This document shows positions 23,056-34,182 of a stretch of 61,418 nucleotides of DNA, piece by piece. Each line of letters opens with the position of its first letter. Position 1 is the stretch's first letter. Position numbers and translations under genes: made by a program. The notes beneath the pieces were generated by a model that was given only the letters and a program-made list of their open reading frames with translations, made no database searches and was not told the DNA's origin. Source of the stretch: Bacteroidales bacterium (GTDB taxonomy: Bacteria; Bacteroidota; Bacteroidia; Bacteroidales; JAAUTT01); assembly GCA_025361285.1 (NCBI GenBank), contig JANYAP010000019.1, positions 1-61,418 on the forward strand, written 5' to 3'.

Positions 23056-23445
23056 ATGGCAAAAAAGACAGGAACAGCAAAGAAAAAAGTTGTTAAAGTA
23101 GAACCGATTGGTCAGGCTCATGTTCACGCTTCCTTTAATAATATTATAGTATCCTTAACTAACATTACGGGTCAGGTAATTTCCTGGTCGTCGGCTGGTA
23201 AAATGGGATTCAAAGGATCTAAAAAGAACACTCCTTATGCTGCGCAGATGGCAGCCGCCGATTGTGCAAAAGTTGCATACGATTTAGGTTTACGTAAAGT
23301 GAAGGTATATTTAACAGGTCCTGGTGCTGGACGCGAGTCGGCTATCAGAACAATCAATAGCAACGGTATTGAAGTAACTGAAATTATTGATGTTACACCT
23401 ATGCCTCATAATGGTTGTAGACCAGCAAAAAGAAGAAGAGTATAA
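23056..23445 (+). CDS. rpsK: 30S ribosomal protein S11
   Basis: SFNN, PHNGCR. Confidence 0.99.
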   Translation: MAKKTGTAKKKVVKVEPIGQAHVHASFNNIIVSLTNITGQVISWSSAGKMGFKGSKKNTPYAAQMAAADCAKVAYDLGLRKVKVYLTGPGAGRESAIRTINSNGIEVTEIIDVTPMPHNGCRPAKRRRV

Positions 23446-23447
23446 TA

Positions 23448-23507
23448 ATTTTAATTTTAGATTTTTAATTGACGACATGAATCGCTTTTAAAACTGAAAA
23501 TTTAAAA
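23448..23507 (+). promoter_or_regulatory. Putative structured rpsD (S4) leader
   Basis: 84-nt spacer, long for this operon, with an imperfect stem TTTTAATTTTAGATTTTTAA / TTAAAACTGAAAATTTAAAA and an inner CGA-CATGAA-TCG. Confidence 0.4.
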
Positions 23508-23529
23508 TAAAAAAGTCAATAAAAAAGAA

Positions 23530-24138
23530 ATGGCAAGATATACAGGACCAAAAACTAGAATTGCGAGAAAATTCGGCGAACCAATTTTTGGTGCCGATAA
23601 AACATTCGAAAAAAAGAATTATCCTCCAGGACAACATGGTTTAACCAGAAAACGGAAAAAAACTTCGGAATATGGTACACAGCTAATGGAGAAACAAAAA
23701 GCCAAATATACTTATGGTGTTTTGGAGCGTCAATTCGCAAATCTTTTTGATAAAGCTCAACGTAACAAAGGCGTTACTGGCGAAGTGTTGCTTCAATTAC
23801 TTGAATCGCGGTTAGACAATGTTGTTTATCGTTTAGGTATTGCTCCAACACGTGCAGCAGCTCGTCAATTAGTTGGTCATAGGCATATTGTTGTGAATGG
23901 TCAGGTTTTGAACATTCCTTCGTATATTGTTAAAGCTGGCGAATTGGTTGGTGTACGCGAGAAATGCAAATCGATGGAAATTATTACCGATTGTTTAGCC
24001 TCTACACGCAAAAGCCGTTATTCGTGGCTTGAGTGGAATTCGGAAACAATGACTGGAAAATTCCTAAATGTTCCTGATCGTGCTGATATTCCAGAAAATA
24101 TTAAGGAGCAATTGATAGTTGAATTATATTCTAAATAA
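23530..24138 (+). CDS. rpsD: 30S ribosomal protein S4
   Basis: MARYTGP, LESRLDN, IVELYSK. Confidence 0.99.
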   Translation: MARYTGPKTRIARKFGEPIFGADKTFEKKNYPPGQHGLTRKRKKTSEYGTQLMEKQKAKYTYGVLERQFANLFDKAQRNKGVTGEVLLQLLESRLDNVVYRLGIAPTRAAARQLVGHRHIVVNGQVLNIPSYIVKAGELVGVREKCKSMEIITDCLASTRKSRYSWLEWNSETMTGKFLNVPDRADIPENIKEQLIVELYSK

Positions 24139-24155
24139 AATAATACTAATCTTTT

Positions 24156-25148
24156 ATGGCAATATTAGCGTTTCAGAAGCCCGATAAGGTTGTGATGCTT
24201 GAAGCTGACGAATTTCAGGGTAAATTTGAGTTTCGGCCACTTGAACCAGGGTATGCTATTACTGTTGGTAATGCCCTGAGACGTATTCTATTATCGTCGC
24301 TTGAAGGGTATGCTATCACAAATGTACGTATCGAAGGTGTTGATCATGAGTTTTCGACAATTACAGGCGTAGTTGAGGATGTAACCGAAATAATTTTGAA
24401 TTTCAAACAAATTCGGTTCAAAAAACAAATTGAAGATACTGATGGTGAGAAGATTAATATTACTATCGGTGGTCAGAGCGAATTTAAAGCTGGCGATCTT
24501 AACAAGTACTTGAGCAACTTCAAGGTTTTAAATCCTGAGTTGGTTGTGTGCCACATGGAATCGTCGGTAAAGCTTCAATTGGAATTAACTATTCGCAAAG
24601 GAAGAGGTTATGTTCCATCGGAAGAAAATAGACCTATTGAAGCGGAAGTTGGCGTTATTGCTATCGATTCTATTCATACTCCGATAAAGAATGTTAAATA
24701 TAGTGTTGAAAATTATCGTGTTGAGCAAAAAACCGACTACGAGAAATTAGTACTCGACATTAAAACAGACGGTTCTGTTCATCCGAAGGATGCCTTGAAG
24801 GAAGCTGCTAAAATATTGATTTATCACTTCATGTTATTTTCCGATGAGAAAATTACACTCGATTCGGAAGAAAAATATGCAAACGAAGAGTTCGATGAAG
24901 AAATTCTTCACATGCGTCAAATGTTAAAGCAGAAGCTTGTAGATTTAGACCTTTCAGTACGGGCTTTAAATTGCTTAAAAGCTGCCGAGGTTGAAACATT
25001 AGGCGATCTTGTAAAATTCAATAAAAACGATTTGCTTAAATTCCGAAATTTTGGAAAGAAATCGCTAACAGAGCTTGATGCTCTGTTAGATACGATGAAT
25101 CTTTCGTTCGGAATGGATATAATAAAGTATAAATTAGACAAGGATTAA
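24156..25148 (+). CDS. rpoA: RNA polymerase alpha subunit
   Basis: [27 protein letters not shown]. Confidence 0.99.
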   Translation: MAILAFQKPDKVVMLEADEFQGKFEFRPLEPGYAITVGNALRRILLSSLEGYAITNVRIEGVDHEFSTITGVVEDVTEIILNFKQIRFKKQIEDTDGEKINITIGGQSEFKAGDLNKYLSNFKVLNPELVVCHMESSVKLQLELTIRKGRGYVPSEENRPIEAEVGVIAIDSIHTPIKNVKYSVENYRVEQKTDYEKLVLDIKTDGSVHPKDALKEAAKILIYHFMLFSDEKITLDSEEKYANEEFDEEILHMRQMLKQKLVDLDLSVRALNCLKAAEVETLGDLVKFNKNDLLKFRNFGKKSLTELDALLDTMNLSFGMDIIKYKLDKD

Positions 25149-25153
25149 CAGAA

Positions 25154-25660
25154 ATGAGACATTCAATTAAGGGCAACCACCTAAGTAGAACCAGCTCGCA
25201 TCGCAGTGCTTTACTTTCGAATATGGCAGCATCGCTTATTCTTAAAAAAAGAATTGCAACAACAATAGCTAAAGCCAAGGCTTTAAGGGTTTATGTGGAG
25301 CCACTTTTAACAAAATCAAAAGAAGATACTACACATTCTCGACGAGTTGTATTTAGTTACCTGCAAGAGAAACACGCTGTAACTGAGTTGTTTAGAGAAG
25401 TATCTCCTAAAATTATTAACCGTCCAGGAGGTTATACACGTATATTGAGAACTGGCTTTCGCCATGGCGATAACGCCGATATGTGTATTATAGAACTGGT
25501 TGATTATAACGAGAATATGCTTAATGCTGCTACGGGCAAAGCCAAAGCTGCTAAGAAAAGCCGTCGCGGTAGCGCTAAGAAAAAAGTTGGAGAAGTAGTT
25601 GCTGGCATTGCTGCAGAAAGCAAAAAATCAGTTGACGATACTACATCGGAGAATAAATAA
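25154..25660 (+). CDS. rplQ: 50S ribosomal protein L17
   Basis: MRH..., RPGGYTRI. Confidence 0.98.
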   Translation: MRHSIKGNHLSRTSSHRSALLSNMAASLILKKRIATTIAKAKALRVYVEPLLTKSKEDTTHSRRVVFSYLQEKHAVTELFREVSPKIINRPGGYTRILRTGFRHGDNADMCIIELVDYNENMLNAATGKAKAAKKSRRGSAKKKVGEVVAGIAAESKKSVDDTTSENK

Positions 25661-25679
25661 TAACATAAAATGCAATCGT

Positions 25680-25712
25680 AAAGGGATATGGTGTAAACTT
25701 TATCCCTTTTTT
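25680..25712 (+). terminator. Intrinsic terminator after rplQ
   Basis: AAAGGGATA...TATCCCTTT followed by a T run. Confidence 0.75.
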
Positions 25713-25725
25713 AAGTTTAATATAA

Positions 25726-27021
<1,296 letters not shown>

Positions 27022-27035
27022 TTTTCAATTTTTTA

Positions 27036-27072
27036 TAAAAAAGGGGCAGCGTAAAATACTGCCCCTTTTTTA
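27036..27072 (+). terminator. Intrinsic terminator after eno
   Basis: AAAAAAGGGGCAG...CTGCCCCTTTTTT. Confidence 0.85.
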
Positions 27073-27167
27073 TTTGTATATTCGTACAACTTTATCTTTT
27101 TTTTGTTACATTAGTGGTTATAGTTTGTAGATAATTATTAGTTGGTAATGAGCTAAAAATAAGCAAC

Positions 27168-28481
27168 ATGTCGAAATTGAAGGAAAAGTTGTACGAAAAA
27201 ATTGAGGAATGGCGTCCTCGAACTCAAAGGTTGATGGAGGAATATGGCGATGTGGTTGTCGATAAGGTAACCATAAGTCAGATAATTGGAGGTATGCGCG
27301 ACATACAATGTCTTGTAACCGATATTTCAAATCTCGATGCGGCTGAAGGTATTAGATATAGAGGTTACACACTTCCTGAGGTGTTTGACAAACTACCAAA
27401 AGCGCCTGGAGCTGAGTTTCCTTATGTGGAAGGGTGTTTGTATTTACTACTTACAGGCGATGTACCTACTGAATTAGAAGTACAAGAGTTGATTGACGAA
27501 CTTTCGAAGCGTAGGATTTTGCCACATTATGTATATGACGTAATTGATGCTTTTCCTACTAATAGTCATCCAATGGCTATGTTTTCGTCGGCTATTCTTA
27601 CAATGAGTAGGGAGAGTCTTTTTGCTATGAAATATGAACAAGGTATGCGTAAGCAGGATTACTGGAATCCTATGTACGAGGACTCGCTAAACTTGTTGGC
27701 TAAACTTCCTGAAATAGCCACATATATATATGCCAAATTATATCGCGACAGCAAGATTATCGAAAGTAATCCTTTTCTAGATTTCGGCGCAAACTTTGCT
27801 TTTATGATGGGGATTGCGAAGCCTTATGACGATGTTTCGCGAATGCATTTTATATTACATGCCGATCACGAAAGTGGAAATGTAAGCGCTCATACAGGAC
27901 ATTTAGTAGGTAGTTCGTTGTCGGATATATATTTATGTATTTCGGCGATGATTAATGGATTGGCTGGTCCGTTGCACGGTTTGGCTAACCAAGAAGTTTT
28001 AAAATGGCTGCTCGATGTAATGGAAAAAATGGGAGGGAAGGTTCCAACTGAAGATGAAATGAAAAAATTCGTTTGGGACACTCTTAAATCGGGGCAAGTG
28101 ATTCCTGGCTTTGGGCATGCCGTATTACGCAAAACCGACCCTCGTTATACATTACAACACGAGTTTGCACTTAAACATATTGGCAATGAGGTTATTACAA
28201 AATATGTTGATATGTTATATCGAATAGTGCCTCCAATATTATTAGAGCAGGGTAAGGCTAAGAATCCATGGCCTAATGTGGATGCGCATTCTGGCGCTAT
28301 TCAGTGGCATTACGGAGTTAGGGAGTACGACTTTTACACCGTTTTATTTGGAATAGGAAGGTCGATTGGTATTTGTGCTAATATTGTATGGGATAGGGCT
28401 TTAGGCTATTCTTTGGAACGACCTAAGTCGGTTACTACCGATATGTTGGAAAACATTGTAGCACAATCGAAAAAAGCATAA
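27168..28481 (+). CDS. Citrate (Si)-synthase, eukaryote/Geobacter-like type
   Basis: GGMR, DHESGNVSAH, GPLHGLANQEV, PGFGHAVLRKTDPR, NPWPNVDAHSG. Confidence 0.93.
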   Translation: MSKLKEKLYEKIEEWRPRTQRLMEEYGDVVVDKVTISQIIGGMRDIQCLVTDISNLDAAEGIRYRGYTLPEVFDKLPKAPGAEFPYVEGCLYLLLTGDVPTELEVQELIDELSKRRILPHYVYDVIDAFPTNSHPMAMFSSAILTMSRESLFAMKYEQGMRKQDYWNPMYEDSLNLLAKLPEIATYIYAKLYRDSKIIESNPFLDFGANFAFMMGIAKPYDDVSRMHFILHADHESGNVSAHTGHLVGSSLSDIYLCISAMINGLAGPLHGLANQEVLKWLLDVMEKMGGKVPTEDEMKKFVWDTLKSGQVIPGFGHAVLRKTDPRYTLQHEFALKHIGNEVITKYVDMLYRIVPPILLEQGKAKNPWPNVDAHSGAIQWHYGVREYDFYTVLFGIGRSIGICANIVWDRALGYSLERPKSVTTDMLENIVAQSKKA

Positions 28482-28502
28482 TTATTCAAACCTTTATAAT
28501 TC

Positions 28503-28533
28503 AGCGACTTAATTATATTTGAGTCGCTTTTTT
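28503..28533 (+). terminator. Intrinsic terminator after citrate synthase
   Basis: AGCGACTTAA...TTGAGTCGCT followed by a T run. Confidence 0.7.
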
Positions 28534-28544
28534 ATTTTATCGCT

Positions 28545-30470
28545 ATGCCATATAATAGTCTGAATGAGTTTGTTGAAAAACTCGAACAAGCGAATGAGCT
28601 TATAAGAATATCGTCGTTTGTTAACCCCGAGCTTGAAATTGCCGAAATTACCGATAGGTTTTCTAAGCAACTAGGTGGCGGGAAAGCTTTGCTGTTTGAG
28701 AATACGGGCTTGGCCTTTCCTGTTTTAACCAATACTTTAGGATCGTACAAACGAATTTGTTTGGCATTTGGCATGGATAAACTCGACGATTTTGGACGAG
28801 ATTTGGATATTTTAATTAAAGGCGTTACTTCCGAAAAAAAATCGTTTTTTGCCAAGTTCAATGTTTTAATGTCGGTAAGCGAAGTAGGTTCGTGGATGCC
28901 TAAATTGGTTTCAGGACGAGGTAAATGCCAAGAGGTTGTAAATATAACGCCAGACTTGTCGATATTACCAATTTTGAAATGTTGGCCTGCCGATGGCGGA
29001 AAGTTCATTACATTACCACTGGTTCATACCAAGGATCCTATTACAGGTATTAGAAACGTTGGAATGTATCGTATGCAGGTGCTTGATAATGTTACAACTG
29101 GAATGCATTGGCATAGGCATAAAACTGGTGCACGACATTACGAAGAATACAAAAAGCTAGGCCTGAAAATGCCTGTGGCTATTGCCCTTGGAGGCGATCC
29201 TATTTATACTTATGTTGCCACAGCTCCTTTGCCCAATCAAATAGACGAATATATTTTGGCTGGCATTATTCGAAAGAAAAAAGTTGAACTTGTAAAGTGC
29301 ATAACTCAGGATATTGAAGTGCCAAAAGATGCCGATATTATTATTGAAGGATATGTAGATACTACAGAGGATTTATTTTGGGAAGGACCGTTTGGAGATC
29401 ATACAGGTTTTTATTCACTCGAAGATTGGTATCCAAAATTTCATGTAACCTGCATTACTCATAGGCGCAACGCTATTTACCCCGCTACCATTGTGGGTAT
29501 TCCTCCACAGGAAGATGCTTGGATTGCTAAGGCTACCGAGCGACTTTTTTTGGTACCGATGAAACTATCGCTTGCTCCCGAACTTATTGACATTGATTTA
29601 CCTACGGCTGGGGTAGCGCATAATTTTGCTATTCTGAAAATAGAAAAACGATACCCAGGCCAAGGTTTAAAAGTTATTAGCTCGCTTTGGGGAGCTGGGC
29701 AAATGATGTTCAATAAGGTAATGTTAATAGTTGATGAAGAGGTAGATATACACGATTACAATTCGTTGTTTCGTAACGTAATTGGTAATCTGCGAATTTC
29801 CGAGGATTTATTGTTTGGCAGAGGACCACTTGATGTATTAGATCATTCGTCGAATAAATTTGCCTTTGGCAGCAAGTTGGGGATTGACGCTACTAAAAAG
29901 TTTCCTGAGGAAATTTCAAGTACTTGTAAAACCGATAGTTTTGTTAATACTATAGATTGGGCTAGCTTTTTGTTAAAACACCCTGAAATTAAAGGTGTTA
30001 ATAAGACATTGCTCGATCAACATATACCAGTTTTTCTTTTTACTGTAAAAGACGAGTTTAAAAAGGAAGTTTGTAGTATTTCGGAACAAATTTCGCGTGA
30101 AGCGGAACTTATTGGTGTTAAATTGATTGCGTGTTTCGACTCGGTAATTGATATTAGTGATTTATATGTAATTTGTTGGCAAATTCTTAGCAATATCGAT
30201 CCGGAACGCGATTGTAAAATTATTTTCAGAGATGGGAATTTGGCAGGAAGTTTATGTGTTGACGCAACATCTAAAACGTTTGAATATCATTGCTTTACAC
30301 GACCATGGCCAAACATTGTTGTCTCAGATCAGGAAACTATTAATAATGTTGATAGTAAATGGGATAGTTATTTTTCTGAAAAATTTATTAAGTCGCCGTC
30401 TCTTAATTATCAGGCCTTAAGCAAGGGTAATGGGGCAATTGCATCGAAAAATTTGGAGCACAAAGGCTAG
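28545..30470 (+). CDS. UbiD-family (menaquinone biosynthesis-type) decarboxylase
   Basis: WPADGG, NVGMYR, EGPFGDHTG, GPLDVLDH, GIDAT. Confidence 0.9.
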   Translation: MPYNSLNEFVEKLEQANELIRISSFVNPELEIAEITDRFSKQLGGGKALLFENTGLAFPVLTNTLGSYKRICLAFGMDKLDDFGRDLDILIKGVTSEKKSFFAKFNVLMSVSEVGSWMPKLVSGRGKCQEVVNITPDLSILPILKCWPADGGKFITLPLVHTKDPITGIRNVGMYRMQVLDNVTTGMHWHRHKTGARHYEEYKKLGLKMPVAIALGGDPIYTYVATAPLPNQIDEYILAGIIRKKKVELVKCITQDIEVPKDADIIIEGYVDTTEDLFWEGPFGDHTGFYSLEDWYPKFHVTCITHRRNAIYPATIVGIPPQEDAWIAKATERLFLVPMKLSLAPELIDIDLPTAGVAHNFAILKIEKRYPGQGLKVISSLWGAGQMMFNKVMLIVDEEVDIHDYNSLFRNVIGNLRISEDLLFGRGPLDVLDHSSNKFAFGSKLGIDATKKFPEEISSTCKTDSFVNTIDWASFLLKHPEIKGVNKTLLDQHIPVFLFTVKDEFKKEVCSISEQISREAELIGVKLIACFDSVIDISDLYVICWQILSNIDPERDCKIIFRDGNLAGSLCVDATSKTFEYHCFTRPWPNIVVSDQETINNVDSKWDSYFSEKFIKSPSLNYQALSKGNGAIASKNLEHKG

Positions 30471-30526
30471 AGTAATAGGAAATATGGGTAATTAGCATTA
30501 AATTAGCAAGAGAGATAGATATTGGT

Positions 30527-33500
30527 ATGCTGCGACTTTTTTTTGGCCTTTTACTAATTGGATTACAATTAAACTGCACCGTTACAGGTCAGATTAGTTT
30601 TCCTGAAGCACGTCTTTTTACCGTAAAGGATGGACTGTCTCAGTCGAAAATTAATGCGATACTGCAGGATACAAGAGGTTTTCTATGGGTTGGCACTCAG
30701 GACGGTTTGAATAGGTACGATGGATATGACTTTGTGAATTATAAGCACGAACCGTTTAATACCAACTCGTTGTCGAACAGTTATATAAATGCAATAAGCG
30801 AAGATAAAAACGGTGTTTTGTGGATAGCAACCAATAAAGGGTTTAATAGTTTTGATGTTCGTAATGGTTTATTTAAGAGTTACTTAAACAATCCTATAAA
30901 AAACAACACATTATCGGACAATGTTGTACTAAACGTGTTTGTTGACTCGAAAGGGTTAATATGGGTAAAAACGCTAAAGTCGCTCGATTTATTTGACCCA
31001 AAGACTCAATCGTTTGTAAGATACGCCCATTACCACGATGTTTTTCATTTCGTTCAAGGCAATGTTCCATTCCCGATATGCGAGGATAAAAAAGGAAGGT
31101 TATGGGTTGGAACTAAGGACGGACTTTTTAATTTCGGTAGGGAGTTAGCACTTTTTAACCGCTATATTTCGTTAGATTACAATGTAAAGAGTTTAAGTTC
31201 CAACGAAGTGCGTGCGGCATCGGTTGACAAAAATGGAATTATTTGGATTGGCACAGCTAATGGCCTGAATTCGTTTGATGTTGAAAAGAATGAATTTCGG
31301 AGATATTATCACGACCCTAGTTCGAAGCAACTTGTTAACGTTAATAAAATTAATGCTTTATATCACGATAAGTTAGGGCAGTTATGGGTTGGTACCACGC
31401 AAGGGTTATATAGTTTCGATAAAAAAACCGAAAGCTTTCAATTAGCATCATCGAAAAATGTTGATGTCTTTAAAATGCCCATTTTTTCCATTATTGAGGA
31501 TAATTCGGGGGTTTTTTGGGTAGGAACACTGAAGGGATTAATTAAAATTAGTGTTCGAAAACCAAAGGTAAAGGTTTATCGATCAAATGAAAACGCACTT
31601 TACAATTTCTCCTCCGACGATATTGGCGCAATATATCCTGACGGAAACGAAATTGTAATGCTTGGAACCTTGGGTAAGGGCTTAAATATATTCAATATTA
31701 AGACGTTACAAAATAAAGTCGTCTATTTTGAACGGAAAGGCGTTGAAAACGATAATAGTATTCACGTTATTTTTAAAATTTCTCCCGAAAAATTCTTGAT
31801 TGGCACTAATAATGGCATAACAGTGTATAATCCGATAAGGGACGACTATCATAATCTTTGCGCTGAAGGCATTTCGGGTTGCGATGATTTATCGCAGAAT
31901 AGAGTTAATGCCATATTGAAGGACAAAAATGGTAAATATTGGATTGGCACAGCCCATGGCTTATTTAAATTTGATGCGGAAAGGAAAGTCTTGGTTTCGT
32001 TTTTTAACAACCCCAGAATAAAAAAATCGATATGCAATAATACCATTTACAGTTTGAAGGCCGATAATCTTGGCAATATTTGGATAGGTACCGAAAATGG
32101 GCTCGATTATCTAAATATTGCTAATGAACAATTTACACATTTCGAAACCGATAGCAAAGGAAAGCCTTTACTTAGCAGTTCAACCGTTTACTGTTTAAAT
32201 TTCGATTCGAAGAATATGCTATGGTTAGGCACAGCCTCGGGTTTGAATAGATTAAATACGGTTGATAAAACGGTAAAAATGATTACCGAAAGCGATGGAT
32301 TGTCGAATAATTTGATTTACACTATTGAATTTGATAAGGCTGATAATGTTTGGGTTAGTACAAATAGTGGTATAAATTTAGTAAATACCAAAACGTTCGC
32401 AATTCGATCGTTCGATGTTTCGGATGGTTTACAGGATTATGAATTTAATTTTAATTCGGCCGCTCATAACGAAAAGGGAGAGCTGTTGTTTGGAGGTGTT
32501 TCGGGATTTAATGTTTTTTGGCCCGATTCGTTGACTGACAATAAGATAGTTCCGCCAGTAGTGCTTACTTCTATCGAAATTATTACCGAGTTCGGGAAAC
32601 TGCAAACGCTAAACCCCTTTTTGGAGAAAATAGTTATCCCATACAGAACTAACGTTTTTACGGTTAATTTTTCGGCTCTCGATTATAAACTACCAGCAAA
32701 AAATGCTTATGCATACAAGTTTTATTCCGATAATGAGAGCGACTGGATTAATATTGGAACCAAACATTCCGCAACATTCTCGAACCTTAAACCCGGCAAT
32801 TACACTTTAAAAATTAAGGGTTCGAATAACGACTTGCTCTGGAACGAAAATGGCGTTTCTATCATTATAAGCGTAGAGTCGCCTATTTGGCTTAAACCGC
32901 AAGCTTTTTATGTGTATATATTTTTGCTAATCATTTTCGTTCTGCTAGTTTATCGTTATCGTATTTTTAACTTACGCCAAACAAATAGAATTTTAAAAGA
33001 AAAGGAAGTTGCTTCCATCGAAATTGAGCGGCAGAAAGAACTGTTAGCTATTAAGAATAAGAACATTACCGACAGTATTAATTACGCTAAGCGAATTCAG
33101 GAAGCGTTGATGCCATCTGCTAAATTTTTCCGTAAAATTCTTCCCGATTCCTTTATTTTGCATCAACCTAAGGATATTGTTAGCGGCGATTTTTTCTGGA
33201 TTAGTGAAAGGGGCAAAAAAATATATGTTGCCGCCGTAGATTGCACTGGCCATGGTGTTCCTGGTGCTTTTATGTCGATAATTGGTTTTGAATTGTTTCG
33301 CAAAATAACGCACAACCAATATATCGACGATCCGTCGCATATACTTAACATATTAAATAGAGAGTTCGAGGAAATTTTTAAAGACGTTGATAGTGTTGCC
33401 TTGAAGGACGGAATGGATATAGCTTTTTGCGTAATTGATAAGGAGTCGAAAGTTTTGGAGTTTTCTGGAGCCGTAAACCCTATTTATCTGATACGAGAGA

Positions 33501-33838
33501 ATAACATAACAGAAATTAGAGGTGCACGTTTTTCGGTGGGGCTCGACGATATTGACGAGGAGGTGCAATCGTTTGAAAATAAGCAGATTGTGCTTCAGGA
33601 CGACGATGTAATTTACTTGTTTTCCGATGGTTATGCCGATCAGTTTGGCGGTCCTGAGGGTAAGAAGTTTAAATATAGGCGTTTCAGGCATTTATTGCTC
33701 ACAATACATCAGTACCCAATGGAGGAACAACAGCGACTACTGCTCGAACGCATTAATAGGTGGAAGGACGGTTTTGAGCAAGTTGATGATATACTTGTTA
33801 TTGGCTTCCGCCCCAATTTTAATAAGTTAGTTTTTTAA
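30527..33838 (+). CDS. Membrane sensor: beta-propeller and Y_Y_Y periplasmic domains, TM helix, SpoIIE/PP2C phosphatase
   Basis: Repeated D-x-x-G-x-L-W-(V/I)-G-T blades; PKDIVSGDF, DCTGHGVPGA, DGMD, SDG and DD motifs. Confidence 0.9.
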   Translation: MLRLFFGLLLIGLQLNCTVTGQISFPEARLFTVKDGLSQSKINAILQDTRGFLWVGTQDGLNRYDGYDFVNYKHEPFNTNSLSNSYINAISEDKNGVLWIATNKGFNSFDVRNGLFKSYLNNPIKNNTLSDNVVLNVFVDSKGLIWVKTLKSLDLFDPKTQSFVRYAHYHDVFHFVQGNVPFPICEDKKGRLWVGTKDGLFNFGRELALFNRYISLDYNVKSLSSNEVRAASVDKNGIIWIGTANGLNSFDVEKNEFRRYYHDPSSKQLVNVNKINALYHDKLGQLWVGTTQGLYSFDKKTESFQLASSKNVDVFKMPIFSIIEDNSGVFWVGTLKGLIKISVRKPKVKVYRSNENALYNFSSDDIGAIYPDGNEIVMLGTLGKGLNIFNIKTLQNKVVYFERKGVENDNSIHVIFKISPEKFLIGTNNGITVYNPIRDDYHNLCAEGISGCDDLSQNRVNAILKDKNGKYWIGTAHGLFKFDAERKVLVSFFNNPRIKKSICNNTIYSLKADNLGNIWIGTENGLDYLNIANEQFTHFETDSKGKPLLSSSTVYCLNFDSKNMLWLGTASGLNRLNTVDKTVKMITESDGLSNNLIYTIEFDKADNVWVSTNSGINLVNTKTFAIRSFDVSDGLQDYEFNFNSAAHNEKGELLFGGVSGFNVFWPDSLTDNKIVPPVVLTSIEIITEFGKLQTLNPFLEKIVIPYRTNVFTVNFSALDYKLPAKNAYAYKFYSDNESDWINIGTKHSATFSNLKPGNYTLKIKGSNNDLLWNENGVSIIISVESPIWLKPQAFYVYIFLLIIFVLLVYRYRIFNLRQTNRILKEKEVASIEIERQKELLAIKNKNITDSINYAKRIQEALMPSAKFFRKILPDSFILHQPKDIVSGDFFWISERGKKIYVAAVDCTGHGVPGAFMSIIGFELFRKITHNQYIDDPSHILNILNREFEEIFKDVDSVALKDGMDIAFCVIDKESKVLEFSGAVNPIYLIRENNITEIRGARFSVGLDDIDEEVQSFENKQIVLQDDDVIYLFSDGYADQFGGPEGKKFKYRRFRHLLLTIHQYPMEEQQRLLLERINRWKDGFEQVDDILVIGFRPNFNKLVF

Positions 33839-33850
33839 GGGATTATGTAA

Positions 33851-33870
33851 GCAAAAAATGATATTTTTGA
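33851..33870 (+). promoter_or_regulatory. Putative -7 promoter box (TATTTTTG, 33862-33869) for the cys leader
   Basis: Matches TAnnTTTG; the 20-mer is 19/20 identical to the GH92 promoter region at 59190-59209. No clear -33 box. Confidence 0.45.
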
Positions 33871-33920
33871 ACTAAATAATCTGAAGTTTGTTACAATAAT
33901 TATAATTATCCTTTAACAAC

Positions 33921-33989
33921 ATGGCATATAGCATTGTATACAATAGTTTTTTTGAATTAGCAACCACAATAAAACGATGTTGTTGGTAA
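33921..33989 (+). CDS. Putative cysteine-sensing leader peptide MAYSIVYNSFFELATTIKRCCW (22 aa)
   Basis: ATG in an A-rich context (TTAACAAC-ATG); tandem TGT TGT codons just before the stop; lies upstream of cysE-cysK. Confidence 0.65.
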   Translation: MAYSIVYNSFFELATTIKRCCW

Positions 33990-34147
33990 TTACAATAGTT
34001 CGGTAAACTTTCAACATGGATTTTTTAACTATTTGATTTGGTGCAATTTGGAGTTTTTGTGGTTTGGCGGCAAAAAATATGTTATAGTTACCAAACACCA
34101 AGACCCATAAAAAAGTTTACCGAAGTATGGTAATTAGGTTTCGTTTT
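33987..34147 (+). promoter_or_regulatory. Attenuator-like long stem (25-bp inverted repeat) with a T-rich tail
   Basis: 33987-34011 pairs with 34112-34136 (23/25), followed by GGTTTCGTTTT. Confidence 0.65.
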
Positions 34148-34182
34148 AATTCTTTCATAAATTTTATCAGAAATTATTGTAT

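Noticed and set aside
33913-34101. Minus-strand 62-aa ORF ending YCIQCYMPCC
   Set aside because: It is antisense to cysEK, so it cannot be a cis leader, and it has no recognisable family. The plus-strand RCCW uORF is the better explanation.
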